From Promethearchaeota archaeon (GTDB lineage: Archaea > Asgardarchaeota > Hermodarchaeia > Hermodarchaeales > Hermodarchaeaceae): a stretch of DNA of 45,078 nt. A program made the position numbers and the translations under genes. The notes under the pieces were generated by a model. It was not told where the DNA came from, did not search any database, and was given only the letters and a program-made list of their open reading frames with translations. Where the stretch lies: positions 1-45,078 of the forward strand of contig JBHLMG010000020.1 in assembly GCA_048938385.1 (NCBI GenBank). The letters are read 5' to 3'. How positions within the stretch are numbered: position 1 is the first letter of the stretch; each line of letters starts with the position of its first letter. Shown one piece after another: positions 1 through 10,035 of this stretch.

Positions 1-992
1 TTTAAGCCAATGCCGTAAGAGCTGTTGAATGTGCCACTGAGGACAAAGCCACCACCACTCAGTTCCACCACTGAATAGGCCATGTCTCCAATTGCACTAC
101 CGAAGGTCTGGTTCCAGAGATGGTTCCCATCTGCATCAGTTCGAATCAGCCACATATCACTACCGTACATCGCGGCACCACCGGTGGCGTTGGTTAAGCC
201 TGCAAAGGCGAAGCCGCCGTCACTCACCTCAACCACCGAATAAGCCATATCATAGTTGATGCTACCGTAGGTCTGATTCCAGAGGTGGTTGCCTTCGGTG
301 TCGGTGCGTACTACCCAAACATCAGAATCTCCAACACCAAAGCTGGCAGTGTTACCGCAGAGTATAAACCCTCCACTACTCACCTCCAGTACCGACATAG
401 CCCCGTCAGGTGAAGCCCCGCCATAGGTCTGGTTCCACAGATGGTTACCATTGGCATCAACCCGTAACAGCCAAAAATCGTTGCTGCCAGCATCGTAGCT
501 GGTACTGTAACCAGCGCAGGCAAACCCGCCGTCACTCACCTCAATCACTTTGAAGCACGACTCCCAGTCGTACCCGCCATAGGTTCGATTCCACAAGTGA
601 TTTCCATCAGCATCGATTCGTATTAACCATCCATTATTGACACCCGCGCCAAAACTCCAAGTATGACCAGCGAGGATAAAACCACCACTACTGACTTCCA
701 CTACAGCATACCCCATATCATCATTAGGACCACCGTAGGTTCGATTCCAAAGAGCATCATATGCTCCAGGGACAGGGGGTAGATCAATTTGTGGGTTTCC
801 CCTTGGTTGAGTGAATGGCGTCAAAGAAAGCGAGCTATTTGGAACAGAGAAATTGGGCGTTACAAGGTGAACTGAGCCAGTTCCTGTTTTTTCTAAATAA
901 CGGGGGATATAAAAACTGACTGGGATGATGAGAACACTCAATAACAGTAGGGCACCCCACCATGATCTAGAGCCCTTACTAAGAATCTGCAT
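1..992 (-). CDS. Secreted or surface beta-propeller repeat protein, partial (3' end outside window; absent from ORF track)
   Basis: Manual translation from ATG at 992 (GGAGG upstream): MQILSKGSRSWWGALLLLSVLIIPVSF (signal or anchor), then ~52-aa repeats W-N-(R/Q)-T-(Y/F)-G-(G/S)...EVS(S/D)GGF...W-x-x-R-x-D-x-x-GNHL. The frame is open to base 3. Confidence 0.9.
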   Translation of the reverse strand, partial: MQILSKGSRSWWGALLLLSVLIIPVSFYIPRYLEKTGTGSVHLVTPNFSVPNSSLSLTPFTQPRGNPQIDLPPVPGAYDALWNRTYGGPNDDMGYAVVEVSSGGFILAGHTWSFGAGVNNGWLIRIDADGNHLWNRTYGGYDWESCFKVIEVSDGGFACAGYSTSYDAGSNDFWLLRVDANGNHLWNQTYGGASPDGAMSVLEVSSGGFILCGNTASFGVGDSDVWVVRTDTEGNHLWNQTYGSINYDMAYSVVEVSDGGFAFAGLTNATGGAAMYGSDMWLIRTDADGNHLWNQTFGSAIGDMAYSVVELSGGGFVLSGTFNSSYGIGL

Positions 993-1285
993 ATGCAATC
1001 TATCCCTCCAAATTTTGTTTCAAGTGCTCAGGTAAAAAAGCGGTAAGACGCTAGAATCTATCAAATCAAAATTGCAGTACCATCGTCGAATTAATCCTTC
1101 CTCGCACCAACAGGAAGATTCACAACGGCGACTTATTAATCCCGTATACTAGAGTGATCTATTTCTAAAGACAGGGAACTATCAGACCCTTGAAATACGG
1201 GATTTTCTTGAGGGTGTAGATAAAAGCTGTTGTAGTGCATCCAACAATTAGCTTCCACATAAGTAGATTAGCGGTTTTACTGGGT

Positions 1286-1368
1286 ATTATCAGCCGCCTT
1301 ATGCGAGATTGAAAACAAATACGCATTGCTTTCCAACAATGTGAAAGATGATTTGTTTTACATCATGG
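1286..1368 (+). repeat. Dispersed intergenic element, full-type copy
   Basis: ATTATCAGC at 1286, ATTGAAAACAAAT at 1308, TGAAAGATGATTTGTTTT at 1342; aligns without gaps to 8704-8745. Confidence 0.7.
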
Positions 1369-1663
1369 AATTGGATTAAATGCTCTTCGTTTGAGTTTTC
1401 AAGATAAGGCATCCTTTTTTTCATGAGCTGTGAGTATGAAATCAATTACTTGATGTAAATCCATAAACCCCAACCCTACAATTTGAGCCGATAGTTAGGC
1501 AAAGCCCGATCTTCGTTTTATAGTAAATACCCAGGTGGGAAATGGACTGTGCATTCGCTCCCAAGTTCTGTTCACTTGTAAAGTGATAAAAGAGTTATCT
1601 TCTGAATCACGAATACCTTTCTGCAAAATTAGCCCACAACAACACCATTCGAGAAAAGGGTGT

Positions 1664-4600
1664 TTAGATATATTCCAGCGTTTCAAACGGGTCCGCCCAG
1701 GATTTTCTGTCGGTATCCTGACTTGCCCCTTTCTTTTTCAGACGCTTGACGATTTTATCGGTGGCTGCTACGCTTTCGCCTGTCCTTTTCTGCATGAAGG
1801 CAATGTTGGCTAGGGTAAGGTATGTGCTTGACTGGGACATGTCTGGAATCTTTTGGAACAGTGTTTCTTGGATCTGAAGGGCTTCATGAAAAGCATTCCT
1901 ACTTTGCTGCAAGTGGTTGGTTTCGGCTAATACGATTGCGAAGGTGTTTAACGATAATGCTAAACTGTGATTCGCCATATCCGGGGACTGGGTAACTAAG
2001 CCTCGTTTAATCTCGATGGATTGTTGGATGGTTTTATGGGCCTCGTCAAGTTGGCCGGTTAATCGGAGGATAATGGCCAGATTGTTGAGTAACGGTGCAT
2101 AAAATCGGGGAGTGAACTCGGGGATTTCCTTAGAGAGGGTTTCGGTAAGGATTATGGCTTCTCGAAGACTTTTCTCTGCTTTTCCGAGCTCTTCCTGCTT
2201 TCTGAGGATGATGGCGTAGTTATTGAGAACGATTGCATGCAGTATCGATTGGTGATTGGAACGCAAGGCTTTGAGTGGTTTCGATGTCTTCAACGCTTTT
2301 TGAAGCAGCCCCATTGCGTCAGCCAACCGGGCAGTATCTCTGTATAGGTTCGCAAGACCGTTTAGTCCAGTCACCTCTGCAATAATGGGCCAGAGGGAGG
2401 TTTGGGCTTGTTGCGCTACCTCCTCGGTGGTTTCAAGGGCTTCTCGCAGGGCAATTTCTGCATCATCGTATCGACCTATCCAACGAAGAAAGATACTGTA
2501 ATATATGAGCATTCTTACCAGTTCAAGGCGGTGGAACTCGGGTGCTTTCTCAACCAAATCTCGCTGAATGCTAAGGGCGTCTTGGAAGGCTTCTTGAGCA
2601 TGTGTCGGTCGTCCCGTTTCCGTATACAAGGTGGCGATTTTCCCTTGGTAATTCGCATAATCCTTGAGGTAGACATCCGGTTCGGTGTCTATCAGTTTTT
2701 TAATAATTCCAAGGGCTTCTCGATAGGCATTCTCTGATTCAGGAAGTTGTTTGACATAAAAGGAGAGGAAAAACGCTAAGCGTCCAAGCGATCGGGCGAG
2801 ATTTGGTAAATAGAGTTGAGGCGATTGTTTGGCGAGGTCCCGCCGAATGTTCACGGCTTCTCGATAGGCGATCTCGGCCTTGGAGAAGTTGTTTTGGCGT
2901 ACATTGAGTATTCCAAGGTTGGACAGGCACTGCGAAACATCGATGAGGTATGCATCGGGCTGTGCTTTGGCGAGCTTCTCATAATGGCGCAGTGCTTTCT
3001 GAGTTGCGGCCTCAGCCTCTTTGAATTGGTTGGCGCGCATGAGCATTAGACCAAGGATGAAGCTCCCCTTCGCATATCCAGCTTCTGTAAGCTGCGGTTT
3101 GGTTGTTGAGAGGTCATCGTAGATTTGCAGGGCCCTACGGACAATGGCTTCGCCATCCGTTAGCCTGATGTTAGTAAATTTCAGCCTTGCAAGCCCTAGG
3201 AGTGTTCGCGCAAGCTCCGCACGATGATTATCAGAGGTGTGATCCGTCGGCGCTTCCCATAGACTAAGGGCCTCCTCTAGGGTGGTCTCTGCTTCCATTA
3301 ATCGGTTTGAGTCCTTGAACAGGTAACCTAGCTCGGTCAGGGCGGTTGCGACGAGTTTCTGAGAATGATCCGCAGTCGCCTCTTCAAGGTCTCTAAACAT
3401 GTTGACGGCATTCTGCAACGCTTCTTCGCATTCCACAAAACGCCGTAAGCACCGGAAAGCCTTGCCCCTGAGGAGATGCAACATTGCTCGCCCCTCCGCT
3501 GATTCTAATCTTACCGATTCCAATAATGTGAGTGCTTCAGTGTAGTGCCGTTCTTGCAGAAGGTCCTGAACGATGTCGTTCATGCGGTCCATGGTGTCTC
3601 GTTCGGAGACCAGCGCTCGAACTGACAGCGCCATGCCGCGGAGTATGTAATCGGCTGGGTCAACAGAAGCCTTCTCGATGGCGTGCGTCATTTCATCTGT
3701 CACGATAGGGAGGCGGTCATCAAGTTCTCCTATAACCAGCTCTTTTGCGAGATTGTGGAGAACATAATTTCCGTCTTCCCGTTCTCTGACGAAGCTCAAA
3801 CTCGTCAGTCGATTCCATTGAGCTGTCTTCATCTCGGGTGCGACGATAAGCATCACCTGACGATTAAAAAATGGAAGGAGGGCTGCCCGATCTAATAAAA
3901 CGATGAGATCGGTGGCATCGCGAAAGAGCAGTTTCCATGATTTGAGCCGAACCCCTTCCAGGGTTTCCGCACGAAGATTTTCAACCTCAGCTAGAGAGAG
4001 CGCATCAGCGTCTGCCATGTCGCAGAAGGTACTAATCACATAGGGGTTTCCGCCGCTGACGCTCACAATCTTCCCTTGAATATCACGCTTCTTGATCTTG
4101 CGTCGGCGAAGCAGTTCAACACTACTTTGTTCGTCCAGCTCATTGAGCTCAAAGGTTTCAATCTCCTCAGTATGCTGAGGGGCTAGGGGTTTTCGGCTCG
4201 CCACGACGCCTACGCCATTGTTGAGCGCCCCAAGAAAGACATACCACAACGCCGTTTCGGTGATTGGTTTGCCATTATAATGCCACCGCTCCTTTTCGTC
4301 ATCCACATACTCAAAATGGTCCATCAAAACGACAATCGCATCATCTACTGCCTTCCGGTTGTTGATGTCTTCGAGAAATGCATCTAAAAACAGAAACTGC
4401 GCATGCTCGGGCTCCTTCCAGAGGATTTCCAGCAGTTTTTTGACATGGTCCTTCCCAAGGCGGTTTTCTAACCAATCACCGAGCGTCCCAAATTTACGTT
4501 TCAAAGTTGGAGCTACCTTCTTCGCAACAGCGACAATTGCGTTCCCAACGCTCGTTATTTGTCCAATAAAGGGAACCGCCGAGACCACTTCCTTGATCCA

Positions 4601-4960
4601 TTCTTGCCCTTCTTTCTTGACAGGTTCGACGCCTTCTACAAATCGTTGGCGTAGTTGCCACAGGAAAGTAAAGCGTGGGAGCTTCACTCCCAGCTGGGCT
4701 GCACCCTTTGCCAGAATATTGATGCGACTGTAGATATCAGGATGGACCTGGCAATCTAATGGGATTACAGCATCAAGGTTCGAATGCCAGTAATCTAACA
4801 GCGAACTTTTCCCGATACCGCCCATTCCACGAAGATGAAGGACAACGCTTTGGCCCTTGCAGCGTTTGAGCGCAGCGTCCATCCACTCGAGATACTCCTC
4901 TCGGTTAACAAAAATTCGCGCGGATGGTTCGAAGCGCCGATACAATCTCAGAACCTCCAT
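1664..4960 (-). CDS. STAND-class P-loop NTPase (AAA_16/NB-ARC-like) with C-terminal TPR array
   Basis: N-terminal FVNREE, Walker A GMGGIGKS, Walker B VVLMDHFE, GxP motif GGNP, MHD-like LHNL, then ~600 aa of TPR-like repeats. TATA-like TATAAAA lies ~30 nt upstream of the ATG. Confidence 0.9.
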   Translation of the reverse strand: MEVLRLYRRFEPSARIFVNREEYLEWMDAALKRCKGQSVVLHLRGMGGIGKSSLLDYWHSNLDAVIPLDCQVHPDIYSRINILAKGAAQLGVKLPRFTFLWQLRQRFVEGVEPVKKEGQEWIKEVVSAVPFIGQITSVGNAIVAVAKKVAPTLKRKFGTLGDWLENRLGKDHVKKLLEILWKEPEHAQFLFLDAFLEDINNRKAVDDAIVVLMDHFEYVDDEKERWHYNGKPITETALWYVFLGALNNGVGVVASRKPLAPQHTEEIETFELNELDEQSSVELLRRRKIKKRDIQGKIVSVSGGNPYVISTFCDMADADALSLAEVENLRAETLEGVRLKSWKLLFRDATDLIVLLDRAALLPFFNRQVMLIVAPEMKTAQWNRLTSLSFVREREDGNYVLHNLAKELVIGELDDRLPIVTDEMTHAIEKASVDPADYILRGMALSVRALVSERDTMDRMNDIVQDLLQERHYTEALTLLESVRLESAEGRAMLHLLRGKAFRCLRRFVECEEALQNAVNMFRDLEEATADHSQKLVATALTELGYLFKDSNRLMEAETTLEEALSLWEAPTDHTSDNHRAELARTLLGLARLKFTNIRLTDGEAIVRRALQIYDDLSTTKPQLTEAGYAKGSFILGLMLMRANQFKEAEAATQKALRHYEKLAKAQPDAYLIDVSQCLSNLGILNVRQNNFSKAEIAYREAVNIRRDLAKQSPQLYLPNLARSLGRLAFFLSFYVKQLPESENAYREALGIIKKLIDTEPDVYLKDYANYQGKIATLYTETGRPTHAQEAFQDALSIQRDLVEKAPEFHRLELVRMLIYYSIFLRWIGRYDDAEIALREALETTEEVAQQAQTSLWPIIAEVTGLNGLANLYRDTARLADAMGLLQKALKTSKPLKALRSNHQSILHAIVLNNYAIILRKQEELGKAEKSLREAIILTETLSKEIPEFTPRFYAPLLNNLAIILRLTGQLDEAHKTIQQSIEIKRGLVTQSPDMANHSLALSLNTFAIVLAETNHLQQSRNAFHEALQIQETLFQKIPDMSQSSTYLTLANIAFMQKRTGESVAATDKIVKRLKKKGASQDTDRKSWADPFETLEYI

Positions 4961-5265
4961 CTAAGCACGATATCAGGTAGCTGAGGTTTTATATGTGCTA
5001 GATGGCTGCCTTCTGCCACCAAACTTCGTTATTAAGCGGTTTCCTCAATCCAGTTTGGGATCACAAAGCCTGCATCTATTGCAAGTTTCCTAAGTTCATC
5101 AGTCAGCGTCATTTTTTGGTATCCTTGTACTATCCGTTGTGCATGCGTGAAGTAGGTTATTGCGCCGCTTCTGTTGAATTGTTCTTACGAGCCAATACTG
5201 TGCTTCGATGGTACTTTGCATTAACCAGGCCATTTTTCCGGTCGATATATGCCGGTTAATTGAGG

Positions 5266-5322
5266 TTCGAAGACATATTTACAATTTCTTCATAAAGCCT
5301 GAAAGATGATTTGTTTTTCCAT
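5266..5322 (+). repeat. Dispersed intergenic element, full-type copy
   Basis: TTCGAAGACATAT at 5266 and TGAAAGATGATTTGTTTTT at 5300; same 34-nt offset as the copies at 1308 and 8704. Confidence 0.75.
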
Positions 5323-5460
5323 ATCAAACCTAATATGAGATGTCATCGCATATGTCAACAATCCTCTTCTAAACTCCAACTGTGGAGAATTTGCAGGTGC
5401 CATAGTGCTTATCTACTTTCCAGACCCCTTGGAGTTCACCGTGATTACTGGTGATGTGCT

Positions 5461-6189
5461 ATGAGCACAAGCATTGAAAAGGTGCGTTACGCTGAACTGC
5501 TGCCGCATGAATTCTTGAAACGGTTACACGACAAGCCTGTTGCGTATCTGCCCTTGGGGACATTGGAATGGCACGGCGCGCATCTCCCCTTGGGTTCGGA
5601 TGCTTTCCAGAGTGAGGCATTAATGGTTGCCTGCGCTGTGCAATTAGGCGGTATTGTGATGCCGCCCCTATTTCTCGGACCGGATCAGGTGATTGGGGGA
5701 ACCAATGGGCAGTCCTTCTATGGGATGGATGCCCTCCCCGCTTCCCTACCACCTCGACAACTGGAAGGCAGCTGTTACTGGGTGTCTAAGACCTTCTTCA
5801 AACAACTCGTCGATGTCATTCTAGTCCAACTCAAACGAACCGGTTTCCGCGCCGTCTTCGCTGACGGGCACGGCCCTTCCCGCTGGTCTTGGGTGCAAAA
5901 TATCCCAGAGCGTGAAGCCCACCTCGGCTTAAAGTTGTTTGGCGTCACCGATGACATCGAACGCGCCTGGAGATATCAAATCGACCATGCAGGGCAGAAC
6001 GAAACCTCGATTATGCTGGCGATTCGACCCGACCTCGTGGACCTGTCACGGCTACCACAGGACCCCGCAATTCCAATTGAACGAATCTTGGGGAAAGACC
6101 CACGACGCGCTAAAACGAAATTAGGCCACAAATATTTAGACGCGGCTGTGGAGCTTGTTAAACAACAGTTTGCGAAAGCCGGGATATGA
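5461..6189 (+). CDS. Creatininase family amidohydrolase
   Basis: Motifs PLGTLEWHGAHLPLGSD, DGHG, DHAGQNETS, RPDLV. Confidence 0.9.
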   Translation: MSTSIEKVRYAELLPHEFLKRLHDKPVAYLPLGTLEWHGAHLPLGSDAFQSEALMVACAVQLGGIVMPPLFLGPDQVIGGTNGQSFYGMDALPASLPPRQLEGSCYWVSKTFFKQLVDVILVQLKRTGFRAVFADGHGPSRWSWVQNIPEREAHLGLKLFGVTDDIERAWRYQIDHAGQNETSIMLAIRPDLVDLSRLPQDPAIPIERILGKDPRRAKTKLGHKYLDAAVELVKQQFAKAGI

Positions 6190-6402
6190 GCACAAACCAA
6201 CAATTACTGTTCCAGTAATACACGCTACTTACAAGGGTTACAAAGATATTCAGGTCTTCAAGTATTCGTTGCTTGAGAATATTGAGGCGTATTGAAATTT
6301 TTAACGGGTATTGAAATCCTGCTTCATCTTGAAACTCAAATGTCCTTGTTGTTTTTCCACCATAATTATAGAGCAAAGTTTATATAAACCTTATATGATT
6401 TG

Positions 6403-6429
6403 TATTTTTTTATAATTATATAAAAAATA
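6403..6429. promoter_or_regulatory. AT-rich inverted repeat / promoter region of the antiporter gene
   Basis: TATTTTTT-TATAATTATA-T-AAAAAATA (13-bp arms, one bulge) ends 14 nt before ATG 6443; a second palindrome GTTTATATAAAC lies at 6378-6389. Confidence 0.45.
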
Positions 6430-6442
6430 TCAGTGGGGCCTC

Positions 6443-7720
6443 ATGCTACAGCTTGTAATTGATCTTCCACTATTGTTAGTCGTCAGCCTAGTCGTTGTAT
6501 TGACCGTGATAAGTGCAGAAATCCAACGCCGTCTAGGCATTCCGCAGGTTCTAGGTTTTATCATCACAGGAATTATCTTAGGGCCGCTCTTTCTTGGACT
6601 AATAGACGATAGGCTTCTTGCCCTTGCACCGGTAGTTACTGCTGTGGCCCTTGGGTTCATCGGTTATAACATCGGACATGAACTCAAGTTAAGTGTGGCT
6701 CGGCGCCAATCCCGTAACCTTTTACCCCTTATTTTGGCTCAGAGTTTTGGACCTGCGCTTCTCGTTTTTGTTTTAACACTAATCTGGCTCAAAGATCCAA
6801 TTCCTGCGCTCCTTTTAGGTGCGCTAGCCAGCGCTACGGCACCTGCAGCGACTGCTGATGTAATTTGGGAATATAAAAGCCGTGGACCCGTCACGGACGC
6901 AATCATGTATACGCTGATACTTGATGATGTCATTGCGATTGTTCTTACTAGTATCACAATGAGCATAGTGGTGCTAGTACTCGCCCCCGCATTGTTACCG
7001 GTACCCCTTCTCCTTGCCACTCCTGTGATTGAAATCGGAGGGGCACTACTCCTCGGAGCTGGCGCAGGTCTAGTTCTTGCGTATGTATTGAAACGGGTAG
7101 AAGACCATGGACGCTATATTCTCTTGTTAGTGAGTGTAATTCTTGTCCTTATTGGCATTGCTGAGTTTTTGCACTTTAGTTCTCTACTAACATCCATGGT
7201 GTTGGGAATTGTCCTCGGTAATCTTTCGCCCAACCAAGCACACGATTTGAGTCATGAAGCCGAAAAAATCTTTAGCCCAGTAATTCTCTTTTTCTTCGTG
7301 CTTTTCGGTGCAGGAATGGTTGACCCTGCTGTGTTAGTAGTTGGTGGTATATTCATTCTTGTCACTACTTTACTCTATGTTATTGGGCGTGGATTTGGAA
7401 AATATTTGGGAACCCGGTTGGCCGCAAATATTGGCGACAACCCGCCCACCGTTAAACGATATCTAGGATTATGCCTTTTTAGTCAAGCAGGGGTTGCCGT
7501 GGGATTGAGCGTGGTAATCGCAGATCGATTAAGCCAACTAGGATTACCCCATTATGGTTTTCTCATTATAGGTGTTATCGGTATTTCGACACTAATTTTC
7601 CAAATCTTTGGTCCCCTCGCACTTAAATTCGCCATCCATCGTGCAGGTGAGGCCAATAACAAAATAAAACAAAGTCCAATTGATCAAACAGCAAATAAAG
7701 TAGATCTCGCATTAAATTGA
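6443..7720 (+). CDS. Cation:proton antiporter (Na_H_Exchanger, CPA2-like)
   Basis: ~12-13 hydrophobic segments; ATAPAAT, ILDD and SQAGVAVGL motifs. Confidence 0.9.
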   Translation: MLQLVIDLPLLLVVSLVVVLTVISAEIQRRLGIPQVLGFIITGIILGPLFLGLIDDRLLALAPVVTAVALGFIGYNIGHELKLSVARRQSRNLLPLILAQSFGPALLVFVLTLIWLKDPIPALLLGALASATAPAATADVIWEYKSRGPVTDAIMYTLILDDVIAIVLTSITMSIVVLVLAPALLPVPLLLATPVIEIGGALLLGAGAGLVLAYVLKRVEDHGRYILLLVSVILVLIGIAEFLHFSSLLTSMVLGIVLGNLSPNQAHDLSHEAEKIFSPVILFFFVLFGAGMVDPAVLVVGGIFILVTTLLYVIGRGFGKYLGTRLAANIGDNPPTVKRYLGLCLFSQAGVAVGLSVVIADRLSQLGLPHYGFLIIGVIGISTLIFQIFGPLALKFAIHRAGEANNKIKQSPIDQTANKVDLALN

Positions 7721-7817
7721 AGCGCGATATTAGATTCTTGTAATCGCCATTTTTTAACTTATCATCAGCTTTTTGGTGTAACTTCACACCTCTTTTGAAC
7801 AGCTAAGCTTTCATTGT

Positions 7818-7853
7818 GTTATAGGTAAATCAGAATTATCTTCGAAGACAAAT
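7818..7853 (+). repeat. Dispersed intergenic element, left-half copy
   Basis: GTTATAGG at 7818, TTCGAAGACAAAT at 7841 (23-nt offset). Confidence 0.6.
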
Positions 7854-7957
7854 AGCTGGTTATCAGCCCATCATTATAAAAGAGTCAAATGTTGACACCA
7901 CCCCTCAGCTAAAATCTAATATTGCTGCTTTGATCAATCGGTTCAAGGTGAGACAGT

Positions 7958-8632
7958 GTGACCAAGAAAAACCCCACTAACGAAGCCAAATACATGAGAG
8001 ATTTCACCAAATTGGTGAAGAGGGTAAAGAAACATGTTGTATCCCAAATCGGGGAAACGGCGGAGGTTATCCTTCATGAAAGCAGAAACGAATACCAAAG
8101 AATTATCCCACAAATTCCCTCAGCAGAGAATCTAGAGCCATTCACCAGATTCCTCATCTCGACGGGGCAGTATCTCGCCGTCTACAGAGTCCTTCGAAAA
8201 CATGGATTCACATCTAAAGACGCGGGAGAACTAATTTATTATATTACAGAAAAGCTCATCGCATCGTACCCTAGGTTCTTAACCCGTTTCCTATCACCTG
8301 ATATCTTCTCACAAAAATACATTGAGAAGGTGAGACGGGGTGCGAAGGAATCACAGAGGAAGCCCATCGGAGGCTATGTTTTCACCTATGTTGATGGATC
8401 ACCTGCCTTCAACTATGGTGTAGACTATACCAATTGTGGGGTCCATAAGTTCCTTACTGAAATGGGCGCTCCCGAGTTGACACCTTACATATGTGCAATG
8501 GATATTCTAAGTAGTGAACAGTTAGGATGGGGTCTTAAAAGAACCATGACCATCGCTGAAGGCGGTAACATATGCGATTTCCGCTTCAGAAAAAGTATGC
8601 CAACGGAAGTCTCATCGAGCGTGATAAAGTGA
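7958..8632 (+). CDS. L-2-amino-thiazoline-4-carboxylic acid hydrolase-like (V4R-related) protein
   Basis: C-terminal CGVHKF...ICAMD...LKRTMTIAEGGNICDFRF; GGTGA SD before GTG. Confidence 0.8.
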   Translation: MTKKNPTNEAKYMRDFTKLVKRVKKHVVSQIGETAEVILHESRNEYQRIIPQIPSAENLEPFTRFLISTGQYLAVYRVLRKHGFTSKDAGELIYYITEKLIASYPRFLTRFLSPDIFSQKYIEKVRRGAKESQRKPIGGYVFTYVDGSPAFNYGVDYTNCGVHKFLTEMGAPELTPYICAMDILSSEQLGWGLKRTMTIAEGGNICDFRFRKSMPTEVSSSVIK

Positions 8633-8680
8633 GAATATGGTTAAGTCTAACCAGAGTTCCTACAGTCGGTTTGAGCAGGT

Positions 8681-8766
8681 GTTATCGGCGAACCGGAATT
8701 TAATTCGAAGACATATGTGTGGTTTTTACCAATGCTGTGAAAGATAGATTTGTTTCGCATCAATGG
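8681..8766 (+). repeat. Dispersed intergenic element, full-type copy
   Basis: GTTATCGGC at 8681, TTCGAAGACATAT at 8704, TGAAAGATAGATTTGTTT at 8738; lies between convergent genes. Confidence 0.75.
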
Positions 8767-8896
8767 CTTAGTGAGAAACAAGAATTTCGAGGGTATGGTC
8801 ATCCACGATAAAACTTGGTTTTTATGAGGGCATTCTCTTTATTTTGCTAAAAAAGAGGGAGCCGAAAGGACACCCTATGAGTTGTCTCTTTTGAGT

Positions 8897-9880
8897 TTAT
8901 GGTGTCCTTTTACGGCGAATTGCGATTACTGCGATTGCGACCAACACGATGGCTATGATGGCGGTTCCAAGTACAATCTCTATTGTTATCAGAGGAAACG
9001 GTATGAGGGGGAGAACGGCAATTCCGAGTTTCGGATCATGGAGAATGTTCGTACCGTGTGGATAACTCAACACAATGAGTGAACCTTCTGATGAGTCGAT
9101 TACCGAAGAATTGACTGGGGCGGGTTCTCCGTCAACGATGGCTTCTTTGAGCCAAGAATAGTAGCTACTGATCGTGTCAGAGTGAATTTCGATTTCCTCT
9201 TCGGTCTCGTGGGATTCGGTCTCAATCTCTCGTTCCGCGCTAGCCTCGGCAATTAAGGCTAACGCTCCATCTTCTTGGTAGGGGAAATTCTCGATGACGA
9301 TAGTGATTTTCATCTCGGTTGGATAGATGAAAGACTCGTTGAGGACCGCATAGGTCGGAAAGATATTTGCAATAATCTGGAAGGTGTAACTTTCGTTGAT
9401 TATGTGAGCTTCGAGTTGGTATCCGAGTTCTCCATCGTCTGATGTAATTTGGGTGAGTATTGGGTCACTGTAATTACGTGAAGTAAGATCGATGGTCCCT
9501 CCGGATACGGCTTCCCCAGGATTATAGACGCCATCTGCGTTTTGATCGATGAACTCGACTAACTGTTCGAATTCAACTTGTAATTCGAGCTCGTATTCAG
9601 TGGCATTGATTTCGGTGCTATATCCAAGTTCTAGCTTGATGCCCTCATTGGCTGCAAAGCTAATTTCGAACTCGTTTTCATTAGGTTCCTCGCCAAATTC
9701 GGAATGAACCGTGATCGTATTATCCTCTGTTTCTATGCGCAGTTCGCGTTCTTCGGCGTCTTCAATGTCGTCGTCGATTCCGTCATTGTCGTCGTCGCTG
9801 AGGCTGTTGCCATTCACTTGAAGTAGGGGAACGCTAGAGAGAATTACTAATAGTAGGAGTATCGTTGCTAGTTTCTTCAT
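8897..9880 (-). CDS. Acidic cell-surface protein with signal peptide and C-terminal membrane anchor
   Basis: MKK + hydrophobic signal; DDDNDGIDDDIED and DQNADGVYNPGE Ca-binding-like motifs; several N-x-S/T sequons; Pro-rich linker, TM helix, RRKR tail; GAGGTG SD. Confidence 0.85.
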   Translation of the reverse strand: MKKLATILLLLVILSSVPLLQVNGNSLSDDDNDGIDDDIEDAEERELRIETEDNTITVHSEFGEEPNENEFEISFAANEGIKLELGYSTEINATEYELELQVEFEQLVEFIDQNADGVYNPGEAVSGGTIDLTSRNYSDPILTQITSDDGELGYQLEAHIINESYTFQIIANIFPTYAVLNESFIYPTEMKITIVIENFPYQEDGALALIAEASAEREIETESHETEEEIEIHSDTISSYYSWLKEAIVDGEPAPVNSSVIDSSEGSLIVLSYPHGTNILHDPKLGIAVLPLIPFPLITIEIVLGTAIIAIVLVAIAVIAIRRKRTP

Positions 9881-9980
9881 GTAAAGTCACCTCTAATCGC
9901 TTATTTTGCGATTTTACAGGAAAATAGCCGTATTCTGTCGATTTAAGCTTATGTTTCAAGTTTTTTTGACTCGTCGGAAC

Positions 9981-10035
9981 TTGACAGTCAATTTTTCCTG
10001 ACTTGCTCAAGGTCAATTCTTTTTGACTGTCAAAA
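9981..10035. promoter_or_regulatory. Two TTGAC-W-GTCAA palindromes, putative operator
   Basis: TTGACAGTCAA 9981-9991 and TTGACTGTCAA 10023-10033, 42 bp apart, upstream of the surface-protein gene. Confidence 0.55.

Noticed and set aside
100-760. CRISPR- or DGR-like ~156-bp periodic repeats
   Set aside because: They are in-frame coding repeats of a beta-propeller with synonymous variation; no cas or reverse transcriptase genes are present.
5002-5259. 85-aa ORF, and similar gap ORFs at 6158-6376, 12689-12931 and 42651-42848
   Set aside because: No SD or recognisable motif and atypical composition; they overlap promoter or repeat DNA.
8645-8690. Integron attC site (GTCTAAC ... GTTATCG)
   Set aside because: The boxes are only ~36 nt apart and are not fully complementary. 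There is no L-box hairpin, the other element copies lack the R'' box, and no IntI gene is present.
8647-8760. Dispersed element as a family of peptide genes on the - strand (MRNKSIFHSIGKNHTYVFEL...)
   Set aside because: The 5266 copy has an in-frame stop and the copies differ by frameshifting indels, so conservation looks nucleotide-level.
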